Below, one piece after another: positions 42,161 to 55,342 of a stretch of DNA of 64,000 nucleotides. This DNA comes from Dehalococcoidia bacterium. GTDB lineage: Bacteria > Chloroflexota > Dehalococcoidia > Bin125. The notes beneath the pieces were generated by a model, which saw only the letters and a program-made list of their open reading frames with translations, did not search any database and was not told the DNA's origin. The DNA lies in assembly GCA_963555985.3 (NCBI GenBank), contig OY820591.1, positions 2,784,001-2,848,000 on the forward strand, read 5' to 3'. Within the stretch, counting starts at the first letter, position 1; each line of letters opens with the position of its first letter. A program made the translations under genes and the position numbers.

Positions 42161-42460
42161 TTAGACAATCAGCTTGGCGAGGACCTCGCGCTCCTCGAGC
42201 ACGATCAGGTCTTCGTTGTCGATCTGGATTTCCTGGCCGGTGTACTTCTTGTAGAGGATGCGGTCGCCGAGCGTGATGCTCATCTCAATCCGGCCGCTGC
42301 CGTCTTCGCTGAGCTTGCCGGGGCCGACGGCGATGACTTCGCCCTGCTGCGGCTTTTCCTTGGCGGAATCGGGGATCACGATGCCGCTGGAGAGCACCTG
42401 CTCCTGCTGAAGGGGCTTGATCACGATGCGGTCGTTCAGTGGCTCAAGGCGGGTGGCCAT
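42161..42460 (-). CDS. groES: Co-chaperonin GroES
   Basis: LEPLNDRIVIK, GIVIPDSAKEKPQQGEVIAVGPG. Confidence 0.97.
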   Translation of the reverse strand: MATRLEPLNDRIVIKPLQQEQVLSSGIVIPDSAKEKPQQGEVIAVGPGKLSEDGSGRIEMSITLGDRILYKKYTGQEIQIDNEDLIVLEEREVLAKLIV

Positions 42461-42501
42461 GGGTGGGTCGTCCTTCTGCTCTGCACGTCTGGGTTCGAGT
42501 T

Positions 42502-42528
42502 CTGGCACTCACACAGTGCGAGTGCTAA
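42502..42528 (-). promoter_or_regulatory. CIRCE element (HrcA operator) upstream of groES
   Basis: Minus strand TTAGCACTC-gcactgtgt-GAGTGCCAG vs consensus TTAGCACTC-N9-GAGTGCTAA. Confidence 0.92.
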
Positions 42529-42733
42529 CGAGCGCATCGTACGCAACCGATTGGGCTGCTGCAAGCGAGGCCGCCGCTTCCAGTATCAACCCTGCGTAAC
42601 CTGCTGCACTCTCTACCGAGGCAGCAGCTAACGTGAATTCAACGGGCCGCGCACGGCTTGACGCGCCTGTTTCCGTTTTGGGCGCGGGCGCGTGCTCGCC
42701 CGTCTCGAATGCGCGCAGCACAGGAGGGCAGCG

Positions 42734-43681
42734 ATGAGCCGTTTCATCGGCCGGCCGGTCGTCTTCAGCGGCAACGCCCACTCGCAGCTGGCGCGCGATG
42801 TCTGCGCTTATCTCGAGGTCCCCCTGGGACGCGCGAACGTGTTCGACTTCGCCAATGGCAACACCTTCGTGCAGCTCCTGGAAAACATTCGCGAGCGCGA
42901 TGTCTTTCTGATCCAGCCGGGGGCGCGTCCGGTCAACCATCATCTGGTGGAACTGCTGATCATGATCGACGCCGCCCGCCGCGCCTCCGCCGGCCGAATT
43001 ACGGCCGTCGTGCCCTTTTTCGCCTACGGGCGCTCCGACAAGAAAGATCAGCCCCGAGTTCCGATCACCGCCCGACTGTTTGCCGATCTGATCCAAACCG
43101 CCGGCGCCGACCGAATGCTGACGATGGACCTGCACGCCGGCCAGATCCAAGGCTTCTTCCACATCCCCACCGACGAGCTCACTGGTCAGCGCCTCTTGGT
43201 TGATCACTTTGAGCAGGAAGGTTTCGACGGAGTGGTGGTGTCGCCGGACCTGGGTTCGGCGAAGCGGGCGCGTGCAGCGGCGGATCGCTTGGGAGTGCCT
43301 CTGGCGATCAGTGAGAAACGCCGCAGCGGTAATGAGGATCGGGCCGAAGCGATGCAGCTGATCGGCGAAGTCGCAGGCCGAGACGTGCTGATCATCGACG
43401 ATGAGATCGATACGGCGGGGACGTTGGTGCAAGTGGCGGAACTGCTGCGCAACGAGGGCGCACAGGAAATCTACGGCGCGGCGACGCACGGCGTGCTCTC
43501 GAATCCGGCGTTGGAACGTCTGACCGCGAGTCCGATTAGCAAGGTCGTAGTGACGGACACGCTGCCCCCGCCGAATAACGGGGCCATGTGCGGGCTGGAA
43601 ATCGTCTCAATTGCGCCATTGCTGGGCGAGGCGATCCGCCGCATTCACGAGGGCGATTCGGTCGGAGCGCTGTTTCGGTAG
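42734..43681 (+). CDS. prs: Ribose-phosphate pyrophosphokinase
   Basis: PFFAYGRSDKK, DLHAGQIQGFF, VVSPDLG, IIDDEIDTAGT. Confidence 0.97.
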   Translation: MSRFIGRPVVFSGNAHSQLARDVCAYLEVPLGRANVFDFANGNTFVQLLENIRERDVFLIQPGARPVNHHLVELLIMIDAARRASAGRITAVVPFFAYGRSDKKDQPRVPITARLFADLIQTAGADRMLTMDLHAGQIQGFFHIPTDELTGQRLLVDHFEQEGFDGVVVSPDLGSAKRARAAADRLGVPLAISEKRRSGNEDRAEAMQLIGEVAGRDVLIIDDEIDTAGTLVQVAELLRNEGAQEIYGAATHGVLSNPALERLTASPISKVVVTDTLPPPNNGAMCGLEIVSIAPLLGEAIRRIHEGDSVGALFR

Positions 43682-43810
43682 AGAGCCCGGATTGCGTGGG
43701 GCGCGACGTGTGCGGCTTGTTGATCTTCGCAACGACGCTGCTAGCAATTCCGCTTGAGCCTTGCTGAGCCATCGACACGACGTCCCTGCGACGTGAGAGT
43801 CGAACTGCCC

Positions 43811-45793
43811 ATGGGAATGATCCGGAGACTGGCGGCGATTGTGCTTGGGATGATGTTGATCATCGCCTGCGACGGTGAAGAACAGGCTGAACAGGACGCG
43901 AATCAGGCGGCGACTCCTCCAGTCGAAATCCGCTCCGCTCCCCGAACCCCGGACGATCCGCCCGTGCGCTGGTCCGCCGTTGAGGTCGGACGCTTCCCCG
44001 GCGATGTCGGCGGCGGCCCACTGGTCAAGCAGCAGCCCGTACTGACACTGCCGTCCTGGTGGCCAAGCTCGGGCGTCGATTCGTCGGATGGACAGATCCG
44101 GCCCAACGACCAGTCGCCGCGCTATCGCATGGTCGGACGCTCCGAGGACGGAACCTGGATCGCCGTGCGAGCAGTAACGGGGGATGAAGGTCTGATCTGG
44201 TTGAAATCAGAGGGAGTGACGACGGTGGAAGTGGTCGCAGGATTGCCCGTGCTGGCGAACGCGCCCCAGGCCGGACCCGAGCCGGTGATGGCCAGCCACG
44301 ACTGGTTCAGCATCGGCATTCGAGCCTGGCCCGGTCACGAGAACGGATTCCGAATTGTGCGGCGCTGGGGCGAGGCGCCTACGAAGTATCCAGTGGTCGG
44401 ACGCTCGCTCAACGGGGGTTACATCGCGGTCCGTCTGGGCCAAGTGAATCCGCCGGTGGTTTGGGTCGAGCGGGGCAGTGTCGGAATCGGCTCCGACGCG
44501 CCGGAGGCTCCCGTGTTGGTCGCGAGTGGAACGGAAGCGATTGGTCCGGACGGTGAGTTTGCTGCGATCCAGCGAATGTCGCGCTGGCAGTGGCGCGCGG
44601 ACAGTACGATCGTAGGCGCGAACAACAACGGCGTCTGGCACTGGGATCCGGACAGCGGCGTCCTGCGCCGGATTACGGAGGCTTCGTTCAAGCCGGTCTT
44701 CTCCTCCGACGGTTCGTATGTCGCGATTGGCCAGCCGCAATACGCGGAGGATGGGATGATCGCGTGGGAGCGGCCCCGCGTCGTGCAGGTGTGGCCGGTC
44801 GACGAGGAGGGCGAGCCGCTGACGTTCGAAGGCGTGAATCGCTTCTACTTCACCCACCATCCGACCGATCCGTCGCTGCGCTGGTCACCCGATTCGCGCT
44901 ACCTGCTGTCGTATTTGGATGTCCGCGGCGACGAACCGTCAGGCCGCTGGTTCGTACTGGACATTCAAGGTGGGCAGTCGGAACTGCCGCCGATCGGGCG
45001 GGCTTGGCCGGTCTGGTTGGCCGATTCGACGCTTGCGTTCTTGGCCTCGGACGACATGCTTCTGCGAATCTCGCCAACCGGTGAACTGTTGCAAGAACTC
45101 GAGCTCGACCTTGGGGCGGTCCAATACATCCGTTGGTCGCCAACCGAGACGACCGCGCTCGCCGGCGGTGACGAGGGCTGGTTTCGGATCGATCTGGATG
45201 CAGCGCGGATCGCGGCCTTGCCCATGTCTCTCGATGAGGGTGATTGGCGGGCGCAGTGGTCGTCCGATGGGGGCTTCGCGCTGTTCGCTTCGGCCGCAGG
45301 GGCATTGGTTCTCTATTCGACCGAAGCGAACAGCGCGGAGCGAATTGGAGCGGTCAAACTGCCAGCCGGACGTTCTCCGTCGCTTCGCGCCCTCTGGGAC
45401 TCCGGCAGCGAGCGTTTCGCCGTCGTCGGCGCAGATGGTGCTCTGTACATCGTCGAGCGGGAGTCGAGCGAGGCGACTGTAGTTCGCTCGGGTTCGGATG
45501 GTCTGTTTGGGGGAATGGTCCCACTCGCGTGGTCGCCGGATGGGGAGCAGCTGCTGACGCGGGTCGTGCGGGCCGTCGATCGGGTTGATCAGGACGGCTA
45601 CGCCGCATTCCCGCAAACGTCGTTCGGTCCAGTGGTGTGGCTCTACGCCGAGTTTCTGGTCTTGGATCGATCCGGGGCTATGCAGGAGTCGTACCGCGCG
45701 TACACGAACGGCTGTGGCGAGTACGTGCGCGGGGAATGGTCGCCGAATGGTCGCTGGCTGGTGTTTGCGGGCGATGTCTGGGACTGCAATTGA
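43811..45793 (+). CDS. Lipoprotein with two SH3-like repeats and a TolB/WD40-like beta-propeller
   Basis: Lipobox LIIAC; VGRS..G.WIAVR motif twice; repeated WSPDG/WSSDG motifs. Confidence 0.75.
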   Translation: MGMIRRLAAIVLGMMLIIACDGEEQAEQDANQAATPPVEIRSAPRTPDDPPVRWSAVEVGRFPGDVGGGPLVKQQPVLTLPSWWPSSGVDSSDGQIRPNDQSPRYRMVGRSEDGTWIAVRAVTGDEGLIWLKSEGVTTVEVVAGLPVLANAPQAGPEPVMASHDWFSIGIRAWPGHENGFRIVRRWGEAPTKYPVVGRSLNGGYIAVRLGQVNPPVVWVERGSVGIGSDAPEAPVLVASGTEAIGPDGEFAAIQRMSRWQWRADSTIVGANNNGVWHWDPDSGVLRRITEASFKPVFSSDGSYVAIGQPQYAEDGMIAWERPRVVQVWPVDEEGEPLTFEGVNRFYFTHHPTDPSLRWSPDSRYLLSYLDVRGDEPSGRWFVLDIQGGQSELPPIGRAWPVWLADSTLAFLASDDMLLRISPTGELLQELELDLGAVQYIRWSPTETTALAGGDEGWFRIDLDAARIAALPMSLDEGDWRAQWSSDGGFALFASAAGALVLYSTEANSAERIGAVKLPAGRSPSLRALWDSGSERFAVVGADGALYIVERESSEATVVRSGSDGLFGGMVPLAWSPDGEQLLTRVVRAVDRVDQDGYAAFPQTSFGPVVWLYAEFLVLDRSGAMQESYRAYTNGCGEYVRGEWSPNGRWLVFAGDVWDCN

Positions 45794-45889
45794 TGAGATC
45801 GTGGATTGACCGGAGATTCGCGCCGTCTCCGCCGTTATGATGGATCAGTATGCCCCTGAGCGGGCGCTGAGCTGATTGGACTGCAATCG

Positions 45890-48640
45890 ATGGGTTTGTT
45901 GGATCGGGCGAAGAAGCGGGCCGGGTCGCTCTTGGGCGACGCCAACGCACGTGAGGTAAAGAAGCTGTCCGGCGCAGTTGAGCGGATCAGCGAGTGGGAA
46001 GACCAGATTCGCCGCCTGCGCGACGACGAACTGAAGGCCAAGACTGCCGAATTCATTGCCCGACTCGAAGACGGGGCAGGATTGAACGACATCCTGCCCG
46101 AAGCGTTCGCAGTCGTCCGCGAGGTGGCCTGGCGGCAGGTGGAGATGCGCCACTACGACGTGCAGATGGTGGGCGGGATCGTGCTTCACCAGGGCAAGAT
46201 CGCCGAGATGCGGACGGGCGAGGGCAAGACCCTGGTGGCGACGCTGGCGCTCTACCTGAACGCGCTCGAAGGCGACGGCGCGCACCTGATCACGGTGAAC
46301 GACTACCTGGCCAAGCGCGACGCCCAATGGATGGGACCGATCTATCACGCGCTGGGACTGTCGGTAGGCGTCTTGCAGCACCGCGCGGCGTTCCTCTTCG
46401 ATCCTGAGGCCGATTCGACCATCGAAACCGACGAGGACGAAGCCGGCCTCGACCCCGACGAACTTCGCCGCCGCCGCGAACTCGGCGACCTCAACATGCT
46501 CCACCCCTGCACCCGCCAGGAGGCCTACCAGGCCGACATCACCTACGGCACCAACAACGAATTCGGCTTCGATTACCTGCGCGACAACATGGTCATGCTG
46601 GCCAGCGAGAAGGTGCAGCGCCCGCTCGCCTACGCGATCGTCGATGAGGTCGATAACATCCTGATCGACGAGGCCCGCACCCCCCTGATCATCAGCGGCC
46701 AGGCGGAGGAGTCGCTCGACACTTATCGAGTCTTCGCCAATCTCGTGCGCGGGTTGCAGTCCGAGACCCATTTCACGCCTGATCCGAAATCTCGGACAGT
46801 GGCGCTGACCGAGGAGGGGATCGGGAGAGTTGAGGACCAACTGGGGATCGACAACCTCTTCGAGGGCGAGAGTGCGCGGCTGACCCGCTTCCTCGATGCC
46901 GCCCTCAAGGCCCAGTTCATGTACCAGCGCGACCGCGACTACGTAGTCCGTCAGGGCAAGGTCGTGATCGTCGACGAGTTCACCGGCCGGATGATGGACG
47001 GCCGCCGCTACTCGGAAGGTCTGCACCAGGCGATTGAAGCGAAAGAGGGAGTCTCGGTCGAACGCGAAACAGTGACTCTGGCCACGATCACCTATCAGAA
47101 CTACTTCCGTATGTACGCGAAGCTGGCGGGGATGACCGGTACGGCGGCGACCGAAGCGGAAGAACTGCACAAGATTTACGGGCTCGATGTGGTCGTCGTA
47201 CCCACCCACCGCGACATGGTCCGCGACGATCAGGACGACCTCGTCTTCCGTACAGAGAAGGCCAAGTTCGAAGCGGCGATTGAGGAGATCGCCGATCTCA
47301 GCGCCGAGGGCCGGCCGGTGCTGGTAGGTACGGCGTCAGTGGAAACGTCGGAGCGGCTCTCGAATATGCTGCGCCGCCGGCGGGTATCGCATGAAGTGCT
47401 GAACGCCAAGCAGCACGAACGCGAAGCGCTGATCATCGCCCGCGCCGGAGAGCCGGGCGCGGTCACGATCGCGACGAATATGGCTGGACGCGGTACCGAC
47501 ATCAAGCTGGGCGAATTGGTCGCGGATCGGGGTGGTCTGGCGGTGATCGGTACCGAGCGGCACGAGTCGCGGCGGATCGACAACCAGTTACGCGGTCGCT
47601 CAGGACGGCAAGGCGATCCCGGTTCCAGCCGCTTCTACGTCTCGTTTGAGGACGGGATGATGAAGCGTTTCACACCCGATTGGCTGCCGGGGATGTTGGA
47701 GAAGGCGGGACTCGAGGATGGCACGCCGTTGGAGTCGGGGATGGTGGGCAAGGCGCTGGAGCAGGCGCAGCAGAAGGTGGAGACCTACCACTTCGACATT
47801 CGCAAGCACCTGGTCGACTACGACGACGTGATCAACCGTCAGCGCGAGGTGATCTACACGGAGCGCGACAAGGTGCTGACAGCGAAGGATGATCTGGCGG
47901 AGATCGTCGGCGACATGCTCCAGGCGACGATCGAGGAACTTGGCGAAGCGATGTCCGCCAGCCTCTGGGATCACACCGTCGCCGACGAGTTCTGGCAGGA
48001 AGCGGCCCAGTTGATGCCGCTGGAAGGTCTGGATCGGAACGCGCTTGACGGAGCCGAATTGGACGAATGCGTCGAGTCATTGCAGGAGCACGCCGCCGTC
48101 AAGGTCGAGGAACTGGCCGAGCGCGTGCGCGGCTCCGAGAGCTGGCGCGAATTGCTGCGCGCTCTAGTGCTACGCACCCTCGACCGGCTCTGGATCCGGC
48201 ACCTCACCGAGATCGACTCGCTCCGCCAGGGCGTGGGCTTGCAGGCGTATGGCCAGCAGGATCCGCTGGTGACTTACAAGCGCGAAGCGTTCGACATGTT
48301 CGATCAGCTGGTGTCGGCGCTGAAGCGGGAAGTTTCGGCGGCGGCGATGCACGCGGCGGCACAGGTCGATCAGACAGTTCCAGCCGCTGCGGGAGCGGAT
48401 GTGTCTCGAGCCGGCGTGTCTGCACAGGCGGCCCGTTCGGGAGGACGGCGCCGGCGAGCGGCGCTGGCGCCGGCGCGTCCACAGTCGGTGCAGGTGAGCA
48501 ACGTGCGCGAGTCGGGCGGCGGCACTGCTACAGCGACCGCGCCGCGTGCAGGCACGGGCGCGCAGAAGGTGGGCCGCAACGCGCCCTGTCCCTGCGGTTC
48601 GGGGCGCAAGTACAAGCGCTGTCACGGCAAGGCGGCCTGA
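45890..48640 (+). CDS. secA: Preprotein translocase ATPase SecA
   Basis: MRTGEGKT, IVDEVDNILIDEARTP, IATNMAGRGTDI, C-terminal GRNAPCPCGSGRKYKRCH. Confidence 0.99.
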   Translation: MGLLDRAKKRAGSLLGDANAREVKKLSGAVERISEWEDQIRRLRDDELKAKTAEFIARLEDGAGLNDILPEAFAVVREVAWRQVEMRHYDVQMVGGIVLHQGKIAEMRTGEGKTLVATLALYLNALEGDGAHLITVNDYLAKRDAQWMGPIYHALGLSVGVLQHRAAFLFDPEADSTIETDEDEAGLDPDELRRRRELGDLNMLHPCTRQEAYQADITYGTNNEFGFDYLRDNMVMLASEKVQRPLAYAIVDEVDNILIDEARTPLIISGQAEESLDTYRVFANLVRGLQSETHFTPDPKSRTVALTEEGIGRVEDQLGIDNLFEGESARLTRFLDAALKAQFMYQRDRDYVVRQGKVVIVDEFTGRMMDGRRYSEGLHQAIEAKEGVSVERETVTLATITYQNYFRMYAKLAGMTGTAATEAEELHKIYGLDVVVVPTHRDMVRDDQDDLVFRTEKAKFEAAIEEIADLSAEGRPVLVGTASVETSERLSNMLRRRRVSHEVLNAKQHEREALIIARAGEPGAVTIATNMAGRGTDIKLGELVADRGGLAVIGTERHESRRIDNQLRGRSGRQGDPGSSRFYVSFEDGMMKRFTPDWLPGMLEKAGLEDGTPLESGMVGKALEQAQQKVETYHFDIRKHLVDYDDVINRQREVIYTERDKVLTAKDDLAEIVGDMLQATIEELGEAMSASLWDHTVADEFWQEAAQLMPLEGLDRNALDGAELDECVESLQEHAAVKVEELAERVRGSESWRELLRALVLRTLDRLWIRHLTEIDSLRQGVGLQAYGQQDPLVTYKREAFDMFDQLVSALKREVSAAAMHAAAQVDQTVPAAAGADVSRAGVSAQAARSGGRRRRAALAPARPQSVQVSNVRESGGGTATATAPRAGTGAQKVGRNAPCPCGSGRKYKRCHGKAA

Positions 48641-48643
48641 GCG

Positions 48644-49639
48644 ATGGCGCGCAACTCCGATCGTCGTGAGCTTGTGGAGGCCGAGCCGATCGCGTCGCCG
48701 TTTCCCGACGGAGTCGGCGATCCTGCGCAGAGTCCCGGTAGCGGATTCAGCGAAGACCCGGACAAACTCGATGATCTGCTGGACGGACTTGACGACCCGG
48801 ACGACATCGCCGATGCAGCCGCCGAAGCGGCACAGGCGGCGCTGGCTGAACGCAACGCCGATGACCTGTTGATCCGTTTCGAGTTGGAGTTGCGCGGCGG
48901 CCGTCTCTGGTTCGACTCCTTGCTCGATTGCATCCGCGACTGGCGCTTGCCGCGCGAGCGCGTCGGCGATCGCGAGTACGTCTTCTTGATCGAGCGCGAG
49001 GCATTCGATTGGCTCCTGCTGGCAGAGCGTCTCTGCGACGCCATGCCGCCCGCGCTGCTGCCGCTCCACGAGATCGAGGCCTTGCTGCTCGACGAACTCC
49101 CGCCGGTCGCCCTCAGCGAGGACGAATTCAAGCGCCGCCTGGGTCCGGAGAAGTACTGGGCGCATCTCAACTTCCTCTACGGCGTGCGAGTCGAGCAAGC
49201 CCTCCACCTCGCCGTCGAGCGGACCCTGCTCAAAGAGCGCGGCGGCGTGGCCTTCTCCCACGCCCGGATCGACCTCGAACAGGACGTCTTCGGGCGCATC
49301 TACGGCTCGCGCCACGCCGATCTGCTGCGCGAGTTCCGCGCCGCCGGCAGCCGTCCCGACACCGACCGGATGAGTCAGAGTGAGTCGCAAGCGTTCACCT
49401 ATTGGCTCTTCCGGCGACGCCTTGAGCGCCAGGATCCGGCACGAGTCGCCAGCGACACTCGGTTGGGACTCGACATGCTGCGCGAGCTCGAGCTGGCGCG
49501 TCAGCGCCGCCGGCAACGGGCGGCCGACGAAGCCGCACTGAACCCGGCTCGATCCAACGGCGCCAACTCGAATGGGGCGTCGGCAACCGGCGAAGATGAG
49601 GACGACGTGATTGAGGCGGTGGTGGTAGCCGTAGGCTAG
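48644..49639 (+). CDS. Hypothetical protein, probably co-transcribed with secA
   Basis: Starts 3 bp after secA; EAFDWLLLAERL, KYWAHLNFLYGVRVEQAL, FTYWLFRRR, RVASDTRLGL. Confidence 0.8.
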   Translation: MARNSDRRELVEAEPIASPFPDGVGDPAQSPGSGFSEDPDKLDDLLDGLDDPDDIADAAAEAAQAALAERNADDLLIRFELELRGGRLWFDSLLDCIRDWRLPRERVGDREYVFLIEREAFDWLLLAERLCDAMPPALLPLHEIEALLLDELPPVALSEDEFKRRLGPEKYWAHLNFLYGVRVEQALHLAVERTLLKERGGVAFSHARIDLEQDVFGRIYGSRHADLLREFRAAGSRPDTDRMSQSESQAFTYWLFRRRLERQDPARVASDTRLGLDMLRELELARQRRRQRAADEAALNPARSNGANSNGASATGEDEDDVIEAVVVAVG

Positions 49640-49756
49640 GTCCGGTTGGCGCGCGGCGGGCGCGCCGGTCGGGCCCAAACACGCCGTTCGATTTCCCCCG
49701 CCGCTTCGAGATTCCACGCACTCGCTTGACCGATTCGCCGTGATGGGACCAACACT

Positions 49757-52510
<2,754 letters not shown>

Positions 52511-52530
52511 GGCTGGGCTGTCTGGGCGGA

Positions 52531-52784
52531 CCCTCCTCTGTCTCCCGATCGAGTCGAGGGCAGGCTCTTCGGGACATCTCTCCCGCGATGCGGGGGGAGA
52601 GTTTTATGCAGGTCTCCGCAAGCGAGAATCCACGTCCCGCTCGGTACGCCGCATGGATTCCCGCCTGCGGAGGCTTTTGCAGATTGGCATTCCCGCTGCT
52701 CTCGTCATTCCAGCGAAAGCTGGAATCTCGCCCGACCAGATAGACCGAACTCCGAACGAGATTCCAGGTCAAGCCTGGAATGAC
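52531..52784. repeat. Repeat cluster: double-hairpin repeat with nested insert (52544-52566), REP fragment (52626-52670), REP doublet (52704-52784)
   Basis: gtcattccagcgaaagctggaatctcg ... gagattccaggtcaagcctggaatgac. Confidence 0.85.
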
Positions 52785-52810
52785 GGAGGAGGTTGGCATG
52801 AAGCAGTCGG

Positions 52811-53854
52811 TCAGAGCGGCAGCTTCGATAGCGCGTCGCGGAATTCGGGGACGTCGGTGCGGAAGTCGTCGGCGTTGATGTTGTCGTTGGCGGCGAGATG
52901 GGCGGCGAGGAGTTGGGCGGGGACGGCGGCGGGGATGGGCAGGAGCGGGGGCGAGAGTTCGCTCAGGGTCAGGTGACGGGCGGACTCGGGGGCGGGCGCG
53001 CTCTCGGGCGCGACCCAGGCGGCGGCGCAGCCCATGTCCATCGTCAACTGGGTGATCGCTCGGGTTCGTTCTGCGGATTGGTCGTTGGCGGCGAAGCTGA
53101 GGATGCGGTCGGTTTCGAGGAGTTGGACGGCGGGGCCGTGCAGGAACGATTCCGGTTCTTGATGGCGTACGGCGCGGCGGGAGGCTTCGGCGATCTTGAT
53201 GTGGGCTTCTTCGGCGGCTGCGAGCATCGGGCCCGCGCCCAGGGCGATTAACGCGCCGGACGACCACTCGGCGGCGATTTCGGCGATTTCGGCTTCACGT
53301 TCGAGCGCTGAGGCCAGCGCGGACGGGATCGCGGCGATGTCGCCCAACGATCCGGGTTTGAGCTGGTCGGCGATGATTGCGGCTGCGGTCATCGCGGTGG
53401 TGTGGGAGACCGTGTACATCGCGGACGGGTCTTGGGTGGTGGTGTGGAGCGTGGTCACCGTGGGCGGGAAGCTGTCGAGGTCGAAGCCGGTGTCGATCTT
53501 GGTGATGACCACAGTGGGCGCGGCTCGCTCGATGCAAATATCGAGCGCGAAGCCGCTGTAGGTCTTGCGTCCGGTGTGAGCGAAGAGGAGGACGGCGTCG
53601 CCGGCCGCGAGCGGAGGCCAGAAGGCGAACTCCATGCTAGTGAGTGGGCGGGCGTTGAGTCCGGCGGCGCGGAGCATCCAGGCGGCAGCGTTGGCGGCGT
53701 TGTAGGAGGTGCCGATGCCGACGGTCCAGACACGCGTCGCTTGAGCGAGCGTCTCGGCGGCCTGCTCGAACGGCTGAACGCTGCTGAGGACTTTGGCGCA
53801 CTCGGAGGGTTGGGCCTGGATGGCTGGGTAGAGGCGGTAGTCGGTGATCTGCAT
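52811..53854 (-). CDS. Double SIS-domain sugar isomerase/deaminase-like protein (GlmS/FrlB-like, no amidotransferase domain)
   Basis: VGIGTSYNAA, EEAHIKIAE, ESFLHGP. Confidence 0.8.
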   Translation of the reverse strand: MQITDYRLYPAIQAQPSECAKVLSSVQPFEQAAETLAQATRVWTVGIGTSYNAANAAAWMLRAAGLNARPLTSMEFAFWPPLAAGDAVLLFAHTGRKTYSGFALDICIERAAPTVVITKIDTGFDLDSFPPTVTTLHTTTQDPSAMYTVSHTTAMTAAAIIADQLKPGSLGDIAAIPSALASALEREAEIAEIAAEWSSGALIALGAGPMLAAAEEAHIKIAEASRRAVRHQEPESFLHGPAVQLLETDRILSFAANDQSAERTRAITQLTMDMGCAAAWVAPESAPAPESARHLTLSELSPPLLPIPAAVPAQLLAAHLAANDNINADDFRTDVPEFRDALSKLPL

Positions 53855-53951
53855 GAGGTCTCCGGCCGTGGTTCAGGCGTGGAGGGTCAGTTGTAGCACG
53901 TTGGGAGACGGGCTGTCGTGCGCGTGTATTGGGGTTGGCGGACGGGGTGTT

Positions 53952-54139
53952 CCCCCCCCTCTGTCCCCCCGCCTTCGCGGGGGCAGGCTCTACGGGACAT
54001 CTCCCCCCGCAAGGGGGGGAGAGGGGAATTGTGTTGGGGGTTGGGTGCTGTGAACGGCGAGATACCCGCGGCGGGGCGCGGGTATGACGGAGCTCTGGGC
54101 GTGGGTATGACGGGGCTCTGGGCGCGGGTATGACGGGGG
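53952..54139. repeat. Double-hairpin repeat with 23-bp insert (53967-53989), REP (54055-54088) and 23-bp tandem foot repeats
   Basis: gcgYgggtatgacggRgctctgg units at 54076, 54099 and 54122. Confidence 0.88.
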
Positions 54140-55282
54140 TTAGGCGACGGCTCCGGTGGTTTTGAGTTCTTCGCTGGTGTTTCCGTTGAGGCCGAGTTCG
54201 TTGAGGATTTCGTCGGTGTGTTGGCCGGGGTAGGCGGGCGGGCCCTGGATTTCGCTTTGGGTTCGGCTGAAGCGGGGGGCTGGGGCGGGTTGGACGACTC
54301 CGGCGACCTCTTCGAATGCGCCTCGGGCTTTGGCGTGGGGGTGGTTGGGGGCTTCCCAGGGTTCGAGGACGGGGCCGAAGCAGACGTCGGAGCCTTCGAA
54401 GATGGTTTCCCACTCGGCGCGGGTTTTGGTGCGGAAGATGGCTTCGACGCGGGCTTTGAGTTCGGGCCAGCGGGTGTTGTCCATCTGGTGGGGCAGGTCT
54501 TCGTTTTCGAGGCCCAGGAGGTGCAGGAGTTCGGCGTAGAACTGCGGCTCGATCGAGCCGATCGAGACGTACTTGCCGTCGAGGGTTTCGTAGGCGTCGT
54601 AGAAGTGTGCGCCGGTGTCGAGCACATTGGCGGCGCGTCCGCGTCTCCAGCCGCCTGAGGCGAGTCCGGCGTGGACGGAGGTGATGAGGGAGGATGCGCC
54701 GTCGACCATGGCGGCGTCGACGACCTGGCCCTTGCCGCTGCGCTGGGCTTCGATCAAGGCGCCGAGCATCCCGACGGCGAGGTACATGCCGCCGCCGCCG
54801 AAGTCTCCGACGAGGTTGAGCGGGGGGACGGGAGCTTGGCCCTTGCGGGCGATGGGCGCGAGCGCGCCGGCGAGGGAGATGTAGTTGATGTCGTGGCCGG
54901 CCATTTGCGCGTAGGGGCCTTCCTGGCCCCAGCCGGTCATACGTCCATAGACGATGCGGGGGTTGCGTTCGAGGCAGACGTCGGGGCCGAGGCCGAGGCG
55001 TTCCATGACACCCGGACGGAAGCCTTCGAAGAGGGCGTCGGCGCCTTCGATCAGCTTGAGCGCGACTTCAACGCCTTCGGGGTTTTTGAGGTCGAGGGCG
55101 ATGGAGCGTCGGCCGCGGGCGAGCAGGTCGCCCGGCGGGTTGGCGGGGGCTTCGGCGGGGGCGTTGGAGGCGCGGTCGATGCGGACGATGTCAGCGCCCA
55201 TGTCGGAGAGGATCATGCCGCAGAAGGGTCCTGGGCCGATGCCCTGGAATTCGATGATGCGGATGCCGGTGAGGGGTCCCAT
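54140..55282 (-). CDS. CaiB/BaiF family III CoA-transferase / alpha-methylacyl-CoA racemase
   Basis: GIGPGPFCGMILSDMGA, EGFRPGVMERLGLG, AGHDINY, DFGGG. Confidence 0.93.
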   Translation of the reverse strand: MGPLTGIRIIEFQGIGPGPFCGMILSDMGADIVRIDRASNAPAEAPANPPGDLLARGRRSIALDLKNPEGVEVALKLIEGADALFEGFRPGVMERLGLGPDVCLERNPRIVYGRMTGWGQEGPYAQMAGHDINYISLAGALAPIARKGQAPVPPLNLVGDFGGGGMYLAVGMLGALIEAQRSGKGQVVDAAMVDGASSLITSVHAGLASGGWRRGRAANVLDTGAHFYDAYETLDGKYVSIGSIEPQFYAELLHLLGLENEDLPHQMDNTRWPELKARVEAIFRTKTRAEWETIFEGSDVCFGPVLEPWEAPNHPHAKARGAFEEVAGVVQPAPAPRFSRTQSEIQGPPAYPGQHTDEILNELGLNGNTSEELKTTGAVA

Positions 55283-55342
55283 GAGTTCGCTCCTGGCTTA
55301 GTCTCTGAGTGGGATCGGTCTGTTCAGGCAGGGTAGCGGGCG

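Noticed and set aside
49640-49756. T-box riboswitch upstream of valS
   Set aside because: The region is short and has no AGGGTGGNACCGCG T-box sequence or terminator
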